Shown here in pieces: positions 39,539-49,259 of a stretch of 64,000 nt of DNA. A program made the position numbers and the translations under genes. This stretch comes from an uncultured delta proteobacterium (GTDB lineage Bacteria; Desulfobacterota; Binatia; Binatales; Binataceae). Every line of letters starts with the position of its first letter. Positions within the stretch are counted from its first letter, which is position 1. Below the pieces are notes generated by a model. That model was given only the letters and a program-made list of their open reading frames with translations. It made no database searches and was not told the origin of the DNA. The stretch spans positions 160,001 through 224,000 of the forward strand of contig CAVXXK010000004.1 of NCBI GenBank assembly GCA_963765675.1. Direction: 5' to 3'.

Positions 39539-40342
39539 CTAACGGCCTTCGAATCGTGGTTTGCGCTTTTCGACCTTCGCGGCGAATGCCTCTTGCGTGT
39601 CGTGGGTGGCGAACATCGGTATGTGGCGCGCGGTTTCCAGGTCGATATAAGTTCTGAGATTCGTCCGCTCGGCTTCGACGAAGTTCGACTTCATCGTGCG
39701 CAACGCAATCGGCGCTGCCGCGGTCAGCCGCTCGACGATCGCGCTAATCTCCGCGCGAAAAGATTGGTCGGGAAACATGCGCGTGATCAGTCCAATCCGC
39801 AACGCTTCGGCGGCGTCGAATTTTCCCGGCATGAAATACAATTCGCGGGCGCGCGCCGCGCCTACGATCCGCGGCAATGTCCATGGACCGCCCATGTCGC
39901 CCGCCACGCCCACGTCGAGGAACGCGACATTGAACCGAGCCGACTCGGCGGCAAAGCGAAAGTCGCATGCGCACGCCCATCCGAACGCCGCGCCGGCGCA
40001 CGCACCGTTGATCGCCGCGATCGTGACAGCGGGCATCTCATGCAGGAGCGTCGAGACGTGATAGTCGCGCGGCCCGGAACCGTCGCCGTCCGAATTCTGC
40101 GCGCGATTCTCGCCGGACGACACGACGACGTTTAGATCCGCGCCGGGGCAGAAAGCCTTGCCCGCGCCCGTCAGCACCAGCACGCGGATCTCAGTATCGT
40201 CGGCGGCGCGGGTCAGCGCCTCGCGCGCTTCATGCACCATCAGGCCGGTCATGCCGTTCATCCGCTCGGGACGATTCATCGTCAGCGTGGCGAGCGGTCC
40301 GGTCTTCTCGAACAGAATTGTCTTGAAGTGCGGGTCGCTCAT
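39539..40342 (-). CDS. Enoyl-CoA hydratase/isomerase family protein
   Basis: TMNRPERMN, AFCPGADL, AAINGACAGA, KRKPRFEGR. Confidence 0.92.
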   Translation of the reverse strand: MSDPHFKTILFEKTGPLATLTMNRPERMNGMTGLMVHEAREALTRAADDTEIRVLVLTGAGKAFCPGADLNVVVSSGENRAQNSDGDGSGPRDYHVSTLLHEMPAVTIAAINGACAGAAFGWACACDFRFAAESARFNVAFLDVGVAGDMGGPWTLPRIVGAARARELYFMPGKFDAAEALRIGLITRMFPDQSFRAEISAIVERLTAAAPIALRTMKSNFVEAERTNLRTYIDLETARHIPMFATHDTQEAFAAKVEKRKPRFEGR

Positions 40343-41151
40343 ATTTCTTCTCCTTTCAATCGCGCGAAGCGCGGCGGCCGCCGCTCGACGAACGATTTCA
40401 CGCCCTCGGTCGCATCCGGATGCGCCAGCGACTCGTGCGTCAGGCGATCCGCGTCGCGAATTGCCGGCTCGAGCGCGAGCGACGAATGGCGATAAATCTG
40501 CGACTTCATCACCGCGATTGAACGGGGCGATACATTCGCCGCGAGGTCGCGGATGTAGGCCTTTGCGTCGTCGAGAAGCTTTTCGTTGGGCACCACGCGA
40601 TCGACGAAACCGATTCGGAGCGCCTCGGCCGCGTCGATTCGGCGCGCACTCCAGAGCAGATCGAGCGCACGGTTGAGCCCGACCAGCCGCGGCAGAATCC
40701 AACTCGTGCCGTGCTCCGCGATCAGCCCGCGCTTCGAGAATGCGGTTGTGAAGCTCGCGCCGGCGGCCGCGAAACGCAAGTCGCACATCATCGCAAGCAC
40801 AAAGCCGCCGCCCGCGGCAACGCCATTGACCGCGGCGATAACAGGTTTCGGAATTCGCAGCAGATGGCTGAACAGCGCAGGCAATTCGTCCTCCGAAACG
40901 TTGGCAGCAGGTTCGGCTTCCCGCGCCGTGCCCGACGCCGAGCGCGTCAGATCGCCGGTATCGAGGCCTGCGCAAAACGCACGGCCCGCTCCCGTCACAA
41001 CGATGCCGACGACGCGCTCGTCGGCAGCCGCCATGTCGGCTGCCTTGCGGATTTCGGCGATCATCTCGAAGGTGAACGCGTTGAGCTTCTCCGGCCGGCC
41101 CAATCGGATCAGACCGACGGAGTCTTCCACCTGGTAATCCACGTTCGTCAT
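40339..41151 (-). CDS. Enoyl-CoA hydratase/isomerase family protein
   Basis: RPEKLNA, AFCAGLD, KPVIAAVNGVAAGGG, AEHGTSWILPRLVG. Confidence 0.93.
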   Translation of the reverse strand: MTNVDYQVEDSVGLIRLGRPEKLNAFTFEMIAEIRKAADMAAADERVVGIVVTGAGRAFCAGLDTGDLTRSASGTAREAEPAANVSEDELPALFSHLLRIPKPVIAAVNGVAAGGGFVLAMMCDLRFAAAGASFTTAFSKRGLIAEHGTSWILPRLVGLNRALDLLWSARRIDAAEALRIGFVDRVVPNEKLLDDAKAYIRDLAANVSPRSIAVMKSQIYRHSSLALEPAIRDADRLTHESLAHPDATEGVKSFVERRPPRFARLKGEEI

Positions 41152-41184
41152 CGCGCTAGCATACCTCGCCCACCCGCGAGAGCG

Positions 41185-42186
41185 TCAACTCGAAAGGGCA
41201 GGCAGCACTTCGCGTGCGAAGCGCTCGAGCGAGCGCATCGCCTTCTCCGGCGCGAGGCCCGGTAGCTGTGTGATCAGGATGATCTCCGTCGCACCGCTGG
41301 TCGAAATCACCTCGGCAAGACGATCCTTCACGATCTCTGGCGGTCCGATGATGCTGCTCTGCTTGAGCTGATTCGCGTCGGGCTGGATCCATCGCTGGCC
41401 GGGATTCGCGGCCGAAAGCCATTTTCCATAGAGCGCCGCCTGATACATCGCGGCCGGCTCGATATCCGCCCACGCCCGCTCGGCGCTGTCGGCGACGTAA
41501 ACGATACGACTGTTGACGATGCTAAAGGCGTCGGGGTCTTTGCCGAGGCTGCGCAGCTCCTCGCGATAGATCTCGACCTGATGACGTCCGAGGTTGCAGG
41601 CAAATGACAAACCGAGCCGCGCGCCGCGCTGGATCGCCGTGGTGGTCATCCCGCCCCACAGCAGCTCCGGATGCGGCTGGCTTTTGGGGCGCGGCAGCAC
41701 ACGCACGTCGTGAAACTGAAAGTGCTGGCCCTCAAAGCTGAAACGTTCACCGGTCCACGCGCGGCGCATGATCTCGATCGTTTCGAGCGTGCGGCTGAGC
41801 CGATGCTTTTTCGAGACTTGCAAACCGTCGAATTCTTCGTCGCGGTAGCCCATCCCGATTCCCAGGCGCAGGCGGCCGTTGGAGATGACGTCGATCATTG
41901 CGGCGTCCTCGGCCAACCGCAGTGGATGATAAAACGGCGCGAGCAAAACATAGGTGCCGAGCGCGATCCGCGTGGTGCGCGCCGCGATCGCCGCGAGCAT
42001 CGGCATCACCGAGGACAGGTAGCCGTCATCGACGAAGTGATGCTCGGTGACCCACAGCGACTCGAAGCCGGCTTTTTCGAGAAACTCGATCTGCCGGAAC
42101 ATCGCGGAATAGAAGGTCCCGAAATCCATATGCGACGATTCAGGATTCCGGAAGTCGAGCATGTAACCAAATTTCATCTTCGGCAT
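41185..42186 (-). CDS. LLM-class flavin-dependent oxidoreductase
   Basis: WVTEHHFVDDGY, HPLRLAED, GRLRLGIGMGY. Confidence 0.92.
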   Translation of the reverse strand: MPKMKFGYMLDFRNPESSHMDFGTFYSAMFRQIEFLEKAGFESLWVTEHHFVDDGYLSSVMPMLAAIAARTTRIALGTYVLLAPFYHPLRLAEDAAMIDVISNGRLRLGIGMGYRDEEFDGLQVSKKHRLSRTLETIEIMRRAWTGERFSFEGQHFQFHDVRVLPRPKSQPHPELLWGGMTTTAIQRGARLGLSFACNLGRHQVEIYREELRSLGKDPDAFSIVNSRIVYVADSAERAWADIEPAAMYQAALYGKWLSAANPGQRWIQPDANQLKQSSIIGPPEIVKDRLAEVISTSGATEIILITQLPGLAPEKAMRSLERFAREVLPALSS

Positions 42187-42393
42187 ATCAGCATCTCTCC
42201 ATCGCGGCTGTTACCGCGGTTGTAACTGCTTAATCGAAAATGAGAAAGAGGATACGATCTGCGGAGAGAGCCTCAGCATTCGGCGAGCCAACTGAGCGGC
42301 GCGCGCGGCCTCTTTGTTGGTGCATCCCGTCCGCTAACCCTCAACCGTCTTTCCGGTGTAAGTTGTCCCCGCAGGCTGACGCTGGAGGCGCTG

Positions 42394-43323
42394 ATGGGAA
42401 TCAAAGTTCAAGATGTCGCGTTCGTTCGATTTCGCGCGCCCGACCTCGACGCTATGGAGGAGTTCCTGGTCGATTTCGGGATGGTGCGCGCGGACCGTAC
42501 GAAGGACGCTCTTTACATGCGCGGGACCGACGGTGATCCGTTCCTGCATGTGACGCATCGGGGCGAGGCAGGCTTCGCAGGGGTCGCTTTCGAGGCGGCG
42601 TCGCTCGCCGACCTCGAAACGATAGCGCACGCCGACGGCGCCGCAATAGAACCGCTCGAAGGGCCGGGGGGCGGTAAGGTCGTTAAGTTGACCGCGCCGG
42701 ACGGATTCGCGGTCGAAGTCGTCGCCGGGCGCGAGCAGACCGCGCCGATCGTCGTGCCGCGCATCGGGATCAGCAACAATTCATACGAAACTCTCCGGCT
42801 GAATGCGCTCAAGCGACTCGGGCACGGACCCGCGCACGTCAAGCGGCTCGGCCACTGCGTGTTCAACGTCAGCGACTTTCGCCAGACGGAAGCCTGGTAC
42901 AAAACACATTTCGGGTTGATTACTTCGGACGAGATTTTTCCCGACGACCAGCCTTCCGCCGTGTTTGGAGCGTTTCTGCGATGCGATCGCGGAGCCACCC
43001 CGAGCGACCATCACACGCTCTTTCTGATCGGGAGGGGCAAGCCCGCGTTCAATCACGCGGCCTTCGAAGTTGCGGACTACGACGACCTGATGAAAGGCAA
43101 CGCGTGGCTCGAAGCGAAGCAGCGGCGTCACCAGTGGGGCGTAGGACGTCACGTTCTGGGGAGCCAGATATTTGACTACTGGCGCGATCCGTGGGGACAT
43201 ACTGTCGAGCATTGGACCGACGGCGACCTGCTGAGTGCGGATTGGGGATCGCGCCGCACCTCTATGACCGAAATGATGGGCGTGCAGTGGGGACCGCCGC
43301 CCCCTCCAATGCGTGGCGATTGA
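42394..43323 (+). CDS. VOC-family extradiol dioxygenase, trihydroxytoluene oxygenase (DntD)-like
   Basis: KRLGHCV, DHHT, HAAFEV, WGVGRHVLGSQIFDYWRDP...EHWTDGD. Confidence 0.82.
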   Translation: MGIKVQDVAFVRFRAPDLDAMEEFLVDFGMVRADRTKDALYMRGTDGDPFLHVTHRGEAGFAGVAFEAASLADLETIAHADGAAIEPLEGPGGGKVVKLTAPDGFAVEVVAGREQTAPIVVPRIGISNNSYETLRLNALKRLGHGPAHVKRLGHCVFNVSDFRQTEAWYKTHFGLITSDEIFPDDQPSAVFGAFLRCDRGATPSDHHTLFLIGRGKPAFNHAAFEVADYDDLMKGNAWLEAKQRRHQWGVGRHVLGSQIFDYWRDPWGHTVEHWTDGDLLSADWGSRRTSMTEMMGVQWGPPPPPMRGD

Positions 43324-43361
43324 CTATTGCGAAAATAGCAGCGTACCTAGGAAGAGAACAA

Positions 43362-44225
43362 ATGAAACTGGTTACATACTCCCACGCAGGCACAACGAAA
43401 CTCGGCGTTGTCAAGAATGACGGAGTGATCGATCTGGGGAAGCATCTCGCGGGATTACCGAGCGGGATGATTGGCCTTATCACCGAATGGGATCGCATCG
43501 CTCCTCGCGTTCGCGAGCTGGCGGAGAAATTGCCCGCCGACGCGCCGCTCGCGTCGGTGCATCTGCTTGCGCCAGTTCCTCGTCCCGGCAAGATTTTCGC
43601 GATCGGACTGAACTACGCCGATCATATCAAGGAAAGCGGGCTGCCTACGCCGCAGCATCAGACCTGGTTCACGAAGGCGGTGACCTCGATCAACGGACCG
43701 TATGATCCGATACTGCTGCCTAGAGCCTCGAAGCTGATCGACTACGAAGCGGAGCTGGTCGTGGTCATCGGCAAGCATTGCAAGCACGTCTCAAGAGAAC
43801 GCGCGGCCGAAGTGGTGTTTGGCTACATGGCCGGCAACGACGTGTCGGTGCGCGACTGGCAGATGCGCAGCGGGCAATGGTCCATCGGTAAATCATTCGA
43901 CACGCATGCGCCGATCGGCCCGTGGATCGTCACGGCCGATGAGCTGGGCGATCCGCATACCCTCGGCATCCGATGCCTGGTCAACGGCGAGGTGCGGCAG
44001 AACTCGAACACGAAGAACCTGGTCTTTGGCGTGTTCGACGAGATCGCGCATTTGACCCAGGCAATGACGCTCGAGCCGGGCGACATCCTCTTCACCGGCA
44101 CGCCGGGCGGAGTCGGCGCGGCGTCAAAACCGCCGCGATGGCTGGTGGAGGGCGACAAGGTGCGCGTCGAAATCGATCGAATCGGCGCGCTCGAAGCGAC
44201 GATGAAGGCCGAGGCCGCCGGTTGA
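43362..44225 (+). CDS. Fumarylacetoacetate hydrolase family protein
   Basis: KIFAIGLNY, DYEAEL, NDVSVRDWQ, GKSFDTHAPIGP, TGTPGGVG. Confidence 0.93.
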   Translation: MKLVTYSHAGTTKLGVVKNDGVIDLGKHLAGLPSGMIGLITEWDRIAPRVRELAEKLPADAPLASVHLLAPVPRPGKIFAIGLNYADHIKESGLPTPQHQTWFTKAVTSINGPYDPILLPRASKLIDYEAELVVVIGKHCKHVSRERAAEVVFGYMAGNDVSVRDWQMRSGQWSIGKSFDTHAPIGPWIVTADELGDPHTLGIRCLVNGEVRQNSNTKNLVFGVFDEIAHLTQAMTLEPGDILFTGTPGGVGAASKPPRWLVEGDKVRVEIDRIGALEATMKAEAAG

Positions 44226-44235
44226 TCGCGGCGAT

Positions 44236-45009
44236 CTAAGTTCCGTAGTTGTAGCCGGGCCTGTCCAGAGCGACAAAGCCGCCTTTACGGTCAAACGCTT
44301 CGCGGTCGTAAACCACGCAGAACGTGCGATGCTGCCGATCGCCGAAGTCGTCATCGTATAGGACGACTCCTCTGAGATAGAAGATCGCGGCGCCGCTGCG
44401 AAGGTCTTCGAAGTGCCGCTTAGTCAGTTCCGCAAATGGGAATGTCTCAGCGCGGCGTGCACCCGGTTCGAGCACGCAATACTCAGTTAACTCGCCGCCT
44501 GGTATTTGAGTAGTACTCGCCGATGGTAGCGCGGGAGCCATCGCGGCCTCGAGCGTCAGACCTCTGACGACGACCCGGGTCTTGCCCCAGTTGCGCAGCG
44601 TAAATGGAATCTCGATCGGTGCGTTAGTTGCGTTCCCAGGTAGCGAGACCGGACTATCGAAATCGACGGCAACGACGCCGCGGCGGCCTCCGCTACGATC
44701 AATCCGAACAGGTGAGTCGGTGACGATCGCCTTTCCATCGGTGATAGCCCGTATCGAATGCGCGGCATTTGGTGGAACGATTGCGACCAGGCCGGGCGTC
44801 GCCATGATCGTATCGCCGCCAACCGTCACCTGCAGTTCGCCTTCGAGAACAGTCCACACTTCCTCATTGGAGTGGCAATGCTCATGGATCGCCGCACCCG
44901 CGGTGAAAGTGAAATGAGCAAAGGTCATCTTCTCACTGCTGAAAGTGCGATCCTTCCATCCAGGAAGACGCTCGCCAACTCCTAGTGCGCTCGTGTCGAC
45001 AACCGACAT
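44236..45009 (-). CDS. Cupin-domain protein with an uncharacterised C-terminal domain
   Basis: Cupin EHCHSNEE...VPPNAAH in the first ~100 aa; GGAGG RBS. Confidence 0.75.
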   Translation of the reverse strand: MSVVDTSALGVGERLPGWKDRTFSSEKMTFAHFTFTAGAAIHEHCHSNEEVWTVLEGELQVTVGGDTIMATPGLVAIVPPNAAHSIRAITDGKAIVTDSPVRIDRSGGRRGVVAVDFDSPVSLPGNATNAPIEIPFTLRNWGKTRVVVRGLTLEAAMAPALPSASTTQIPGGELTEYCVLEPGARRAETFPFAELTKRHFEDLRSGAAIFYLRGVVLYDDDFGDRQHRTFCVVYDREAFDRKGGFVALDRPGYNYGT

Positions 45010-45073
45010 GGGATTCCTCCGCCTAACCTAAAGACTCGACTCTATTACTCATTTAAATGCATTTTAGATCAAC

Positions 45074-45835
45074 TCACCTTGCTTCCGCGCGACCGGATTC
45101 TTCCCAGAGCTTGATTCCGCCGAGCAGGCCCTCGAGATTACTTACTATCTTGACGTTCGCGGGGAGCTTTATCGTGATGTGCCTGGCGTTGCCGCCTCCG
45201 ATATAGAGCCGATCATAGTTGAACATCCGCGCCAGATCGCCGATCGCCTCGGCGAGCAGCTTGTTCCATTTCTTTTTGCCTTTCTTCTTGAACGCCTTGT
45301 CGCCCAACTCGTCCTCGTAGGTCTTGCCCTTGTGAAAAGGATGATGCCCCGCTTCGAGATGGATTCGGTGCCCGTCGACGAAAATCACCGAGCCGACTCC
45401 GGTGCCAAGCGTGATTACCAGCTCGACGCCCTTGCCGCTCACGCTGCCGAGGCCCTGCACGTCGGCATCGTTGGCGACACGCACGGGCGCGCGCAGCTTC
45501 TTGCGCAGGCCCTCGGCGAGCTTGAACCCCTTCCATCCTTTGCCGAGGTTGGCGGCGGTGTAGATTACGCCGTCCTTAACCACGCCCGGAAATCCCACGG
45601 AGACGCGATCGAACGACGCGCACATCTTGCCGAGCTTTTTCACGATTGCGATCACTTCGCGCGGCGTCGCCTGCTTCGGAGTAGGGATCCGCTGCCGCTC
45701 GTTCACAGGCTTGCCGCGAGCGTCGAGGGTTTCGGCCTTTATTCCGGTACCGCCGATATCGACCGCGAGCGTGCGCATGCCGGCTGCGATCCTGGTTCCA
45801 GATTGAGCGGCTGAGGATTTCTTGGTGGACGGCAT
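45074..45835 (-). CDS. ROK-family sugar kinase (polyphosphate glucokinase-like)
   Basis: VDIGGTGIK, GFPG, NDAD, TLGTGVGS, YIGGGN. Confidence 0.88.
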   Translation of the reverse strand: MPSTKKSSAAQSGTRIAAGMRTLAVDIGGTGIKAETLDARGKPVNERQRIPTPKQATPREVIAIVKKLGKMCASFDRVSVGFPGVVKDGVIYTAANLGKGWKGFKLAEGLRKKLRAPVRVANDADVQGLGSVSGKGVELVITLGTGVGSVIFVDGHRIHLEAGHHPFHKGKTYEDELGDKAFKKKGKKKWNKLLAEAIGDLARMFNYDRLYIGGGNARHITIKLPANVKIVSNLEGLLGGIKLWEESGRAEAR

Positions 45836-45885
45836 CAGGTGCTCTTCCTACCTCAAGGCTAGTCAGTTCGCCAAGTTCAGAATAA

Positions 45886-47949
45886 CTAATCGCGCTCGGC
45901 CAGCACCAGCGCGCCCGGGCGGCGCTGGGTGCGGGTATCGACCCGGAGCTTGCGCGCCTGTTCGTTGAAGAGCTGCGCGTACACGCTGGCGTTGCGCAAA
46001 AGCTCCGCGTGGGTACCCATCTCGACCAACTTACCCTGGTCCAGCACGACGATCACGTCGGAGTCCACCGCGCTTGCGAGCCGGTGTGCGATCAGGAACG
46101 AGGTGCGCCCCTTCATCAGTCGGCGCACGGCATCGTGGATCAGATTTTCGACCTCGGAATCGAGGCCCGAGGTCGCCTCGTCGAGAATCAGGATCGGGGG
46201 ATTTTTCAGGAACACGCGCGCGAGCGCAAGCCGCTGGCGCTGGCCGGTCGAAGGACGAACTCCCCCTTCGCCGATCACCGTGTCGAGCTTGTCGGGCAGA
46301 GACTCGACGAACTCGCGGATATTGGCCTGCTCGAGCGCGCGCCACACCTCGGCGTCGTTCGCCGAAGGACGGCCGTAGAGAACATTTTCGCGAATCGAGG
46401 CGCTGAACAGCACCGCGTCCTGCGGCACGATCCCGATCGAATCGCGCAGCGACTTGAGCGTCACCGTCGAGATATCGACGCCGTCGATCTCGATCCGGCC
46501 CGCCGACGCTTCGTAGAAACGCGGCAGCAGCCCCGCGAGCGTCGTTTTGCCCGCTCCCGAGCGTCCGACCAACGCGACTGTGGTGCCAGCGGCCACGCGC
46601 AGGTTGATGTCGTGCAGGACGGTGCGCGGCGCGCCGCCTTCGTAGGGCTGATAGGCGAAAGTCAGATGATCGATCAACACGTCGCCGCGGCCGACGGTCA
46701 GGGTTTTTGCGCCCGGCGGATCTTTCACTTCGGGAGTCTCGTCGAAGAATTTGAAGATACGCTCGATCGCGGCGAGCGAGGTCGCGACGATAATCGACAG
46801 CTCCGAGTAGCGCTGCAGCGGCAGATACAGCGAGCCGAGAAATCCGAAGAACGCCACCATCGTTCCGACCGTCATGTGGTGGTGCAGGATGAAGATCGCG
46901 CCCGCCCAGATGACAATCAGCGGTGCGCAACGGCCGATTAACTCGCCGAACATCTGGTGGGTCGAGGCAAGCCGGACGTTGCGAATCGTAAGATCGTAGA
47001 GCTCGGTGGTGCGGTTGTAGAACCGATGCGCCTCTTCTTTTTCGCGCGCGAATGATTTCACCGTCGCCACGCCGGCGACCCGTTCCTGCAGCTCGCCGGA
47101 AAATTCCTCTAGAGTTTCCTGCAAGTCGTGGCTCGCCTCCTTGATGCGCGGGGAGAGGAGGCGGATCACGGCGACGTAAAACGGCACGATGATGAGCGAG
47201 ATCCAGGCCAGGCGCACGTCCAGCTTGAACATCAAGTAGAGCACCGCGCCCAGCGACGCCGCGTCCATCCAGGTGTTGATCATCCCGGAGCCGACGAAGT
47301 TTTGCGCGCTCGCGATATCCGAGATGAAGCGCGAGACGATTCCCCCTGACGCGTTGCGGTCGAAAAACGAATGCGACAGGCGCTGCATGTGGATGAACAG
47401 CGCGTAGCGCAGATCGAAAATCAGACGATGACCCGCCATGCTCGCCCAGTAGTTGCGGAAGTAGGTCGCGATCGCCTGCACCAAGAAGATCACGAACATC
47501 GCGGCAGTCAGCGCTTCGAGCTTGGGAATCGCGCCGGTCCCAAGATGCAGCACCGCGGCAAAACTGACGCATCCGCGGTCGATCAAGCTGTTGATGTGAT
47601 CCATCTTCGGCTGCGGAACCAGCAGCACGTCGATCACGTATTTGAACGCGAGCGGAAACATCAACGGCAACGTGAACTTCAGCACGCCCATCATCGCGCC
47701 GCCCGCGACCAGCCACGCATGCGGACGCACGTAGCTCAAGAATCGCCACAGGGGAGTGTTGGGAAACAGGCGCCCTATTCGCCCGCGCCGCGCGCTATCC
47801 TTGGCAGATCGCGGCGCAGGAGCAAGCTCACGCAGGGCCGCCTCGACGGCGGCGGGTCCGTCAGGGTCGTCGGCGGATTCGTCCGGCAAATCGGAACTAT
47901 CCGGCGCCGCCCCGCCGGTCGGGGATGCTGGAATTGATTTGTCAGGCAT
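45886..47949 (-). CDS. ABC exporter, fused permease/ATPase (MsbA/Sav1866-like)
   Basis: TM domain, GRSGAGKT, PSTGQRQR, LDEATS, IAHRL. Confidence 0.95.
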   Translation of the reverse strand: MPDKSIPASPTGGAAPDSSDLPDESADDPDGPAAVEAALRELAPAPRSAKDSARRGRIGRLFPNTPLWRFLSYVRPHAWLVAGGAMMGVLKFTLPLMFPLAFKYVIDVLLVPQPKMDHINSLIDRGCVSFAAVLHLGTGAIPKLEALTAAMFVIFLVQAIATYFRNYWASMAGHRLIFDLRYALFIHMQRLSHSFFDRNASGGIVSRFISDIASAQNFVGSGMINTWMDAASLGAVLYLMFKLDVRLAWISLIIVPFYVAVIRLLSPRIKEASHDLQETLEEFSGELQERVAGVATVKSFAREKEEAHRFYNRTTELYDLTIRNVRLASTHQMFGELIGRCAPLIVIWAGAIFILHHHMTVGTMVAFFGFLGSLYLPLQRYSELSIIVATSLAAIERIFKFFDETPEVKDPPGAKTLTVGRGDVLIDHLTFAYQPYEGGAPRTVLHDINLRVAAGTTVALVGRSGAGKTTLAGLLPRFYEASAGRIEIDGVDISTVTLKSLRDSIGIVPQDAVLFSASIRENVLYGRPSANDAEVWRALEQANIREFVESLPDKLDTVIGEGGVRPSTGQRQRLALARVFLKNPPILILDEATSGLDSEVENLIHDAVRRLMKGRTSFLIAHRLASAVDSDVIVVLDQGKLVEMGTHAELLRNASVYAQLFNEQARKLRVDTRTQRRPGALVLAERD

Positions 47950-48135
47950 GGCGACCAGAGTAGCAGCGCCGCAAAGACGAAAAAAGAACGAGGGCTCAGC
48001 GGTTCGTCGAGAATGGCGGGATGGTCGCGATCTGCTGACCCAGAATCGTGTAAAATCAAATACTTAGTGGCTTCGTTTGGTCAGTTTCCGCTGTCTGATT
48101 CCTCTCCAGTTTCTCCATGGAAGCGGATCCGACGC

Positions 48136-49248
48136 CTACGCGGTGATTCTTTCTACCACCTGGGCGATTCGGCTGCGCTTGCGGCTATGATTCAGGCCAG
48201 CCGCTTCCAGGCGCTCCAGATATTCGTGCGAGACCAGGCGCATAAATTTGGCCGCGGCTTCCCGGCCAGCTTTAACCTGATGTTGCTCCAAGCCGCCGCC
48301 GGAAATTATGATCAATGGCTCAAGCAGCTCGGGGCTGCCCAAAAGCGCGAGCATCACATGCTCGCTCTCATCGACATATTCCTGCATCGCGGAGTGCTCG
48401 CCCGGGCGATGCTTCAGAAAGTAGCGTAGCTGTCCCGAGCCATAGGCGGTCTGGCGCGCGGTATCCTGCATCGCATAGCCCATCAGCGCGCGATCGGTCT
48501 TGCTCGGTGCGAACGCGGCCACGTGGCGGCAGATCGCGAGTACTATCCCGCCAAGCGACAGGTTAATCGAGAGCGAGCCCTTCGGATACGAGTCGGCCCA
48601 CAGCCATTCCTTCAGGCCTTGCTCGCCCGAGACGCTGGCGCGTCCGAGTCCGCCGCCACCGTAGAGCGCGCGCTTGCGGAACGCCTCGTTGAGGCGCGCC
48701 CAATTGAACATCTGCGCGCACATCCAGCTTTTCTGCTCGATGAAATCCTGATTGACCAGCGGAACCCATCGCGACGCGAAATCCATGGAGACCAGCGAGC
48801 ACTCCTGCAGGAAAGTGCAGAGCTGAGCGACCGCGGCCTCGAGCGGCGGATGCAGCGGATTCTTTTCGAGCAGGCTCCATGGAACGTCCACGGCCGGCGT
48901 CCAGCGGCGCGCCTTGTCTTCCTCGTACAGCTCGGTGACGTTGTCGGACCAGACGTCGGACTTGCGGTTGACGACATAGCCCATGTCGGGCAGGTTGCCC
49001 CACTTCTCACTGCCGCGCGCGACCATCGATTGGCTGGTGCGCACGTTCTCGGGGATGTCGGTGTAGCCGTAGCTGCCGAGATCGAGATCCTGGTAGGTCA
49101 GGCCGCGGCGAGGATCGGAGGGCTTGCCTTTGACTTTTTCGGTTTTCGCGTCATACCAGAACAGCGTCAAATTTCCCGCCATCACCTGGTTGGCGGCTTC
49201 GAGCACCGTCTCATCGACCGTGTAGTCCTTGTCGGCGTAAAATGCCAC
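48136..49248 (-). CDS. Ferritin-like protein lacking diiron ligands (putative structural beta subunit)
   Basis: Collinear paralog of 49260..50402, but DEARH becomes NWARL, AEG becomes LGG and the second DEARH becomes DTARQ. Confidence 0.85.
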   Translation of the reverse strand: MAFYADKDYTVDETVLEAANQVMAGNLTLFWYDAKTEKVKGKPSDPRRGLTYQDLDLGSYGYTDIPENVRTSQSMVARGSEKWGNLPDMGYVVNRKSDVWSDNVTELYEEDKARRWTPAVDVPWSLLEKNPLHPPLEAAVAQLCTFLQECSLVSMDFASRWVPLVNQDFIEQKSWMCAQMFNWARLNEAFRKRALYGGGGLGRASVSGEQGLKEWLWADSYPKGSLSINLSLGGIVLAICRHVAAFAPSKTDRALMGYAMQDTARQTAYGSGQLRYFLKHRPGEHSAMQEYVDESEHVMLALLGSPELLEPLIIISGGGLEQHQVKAGREAAAKFMRLVSHEYLERLEAAGLNHSRKRSRIAQVVERITA

Positions 49249-49259
49249 GTGGATAAACC

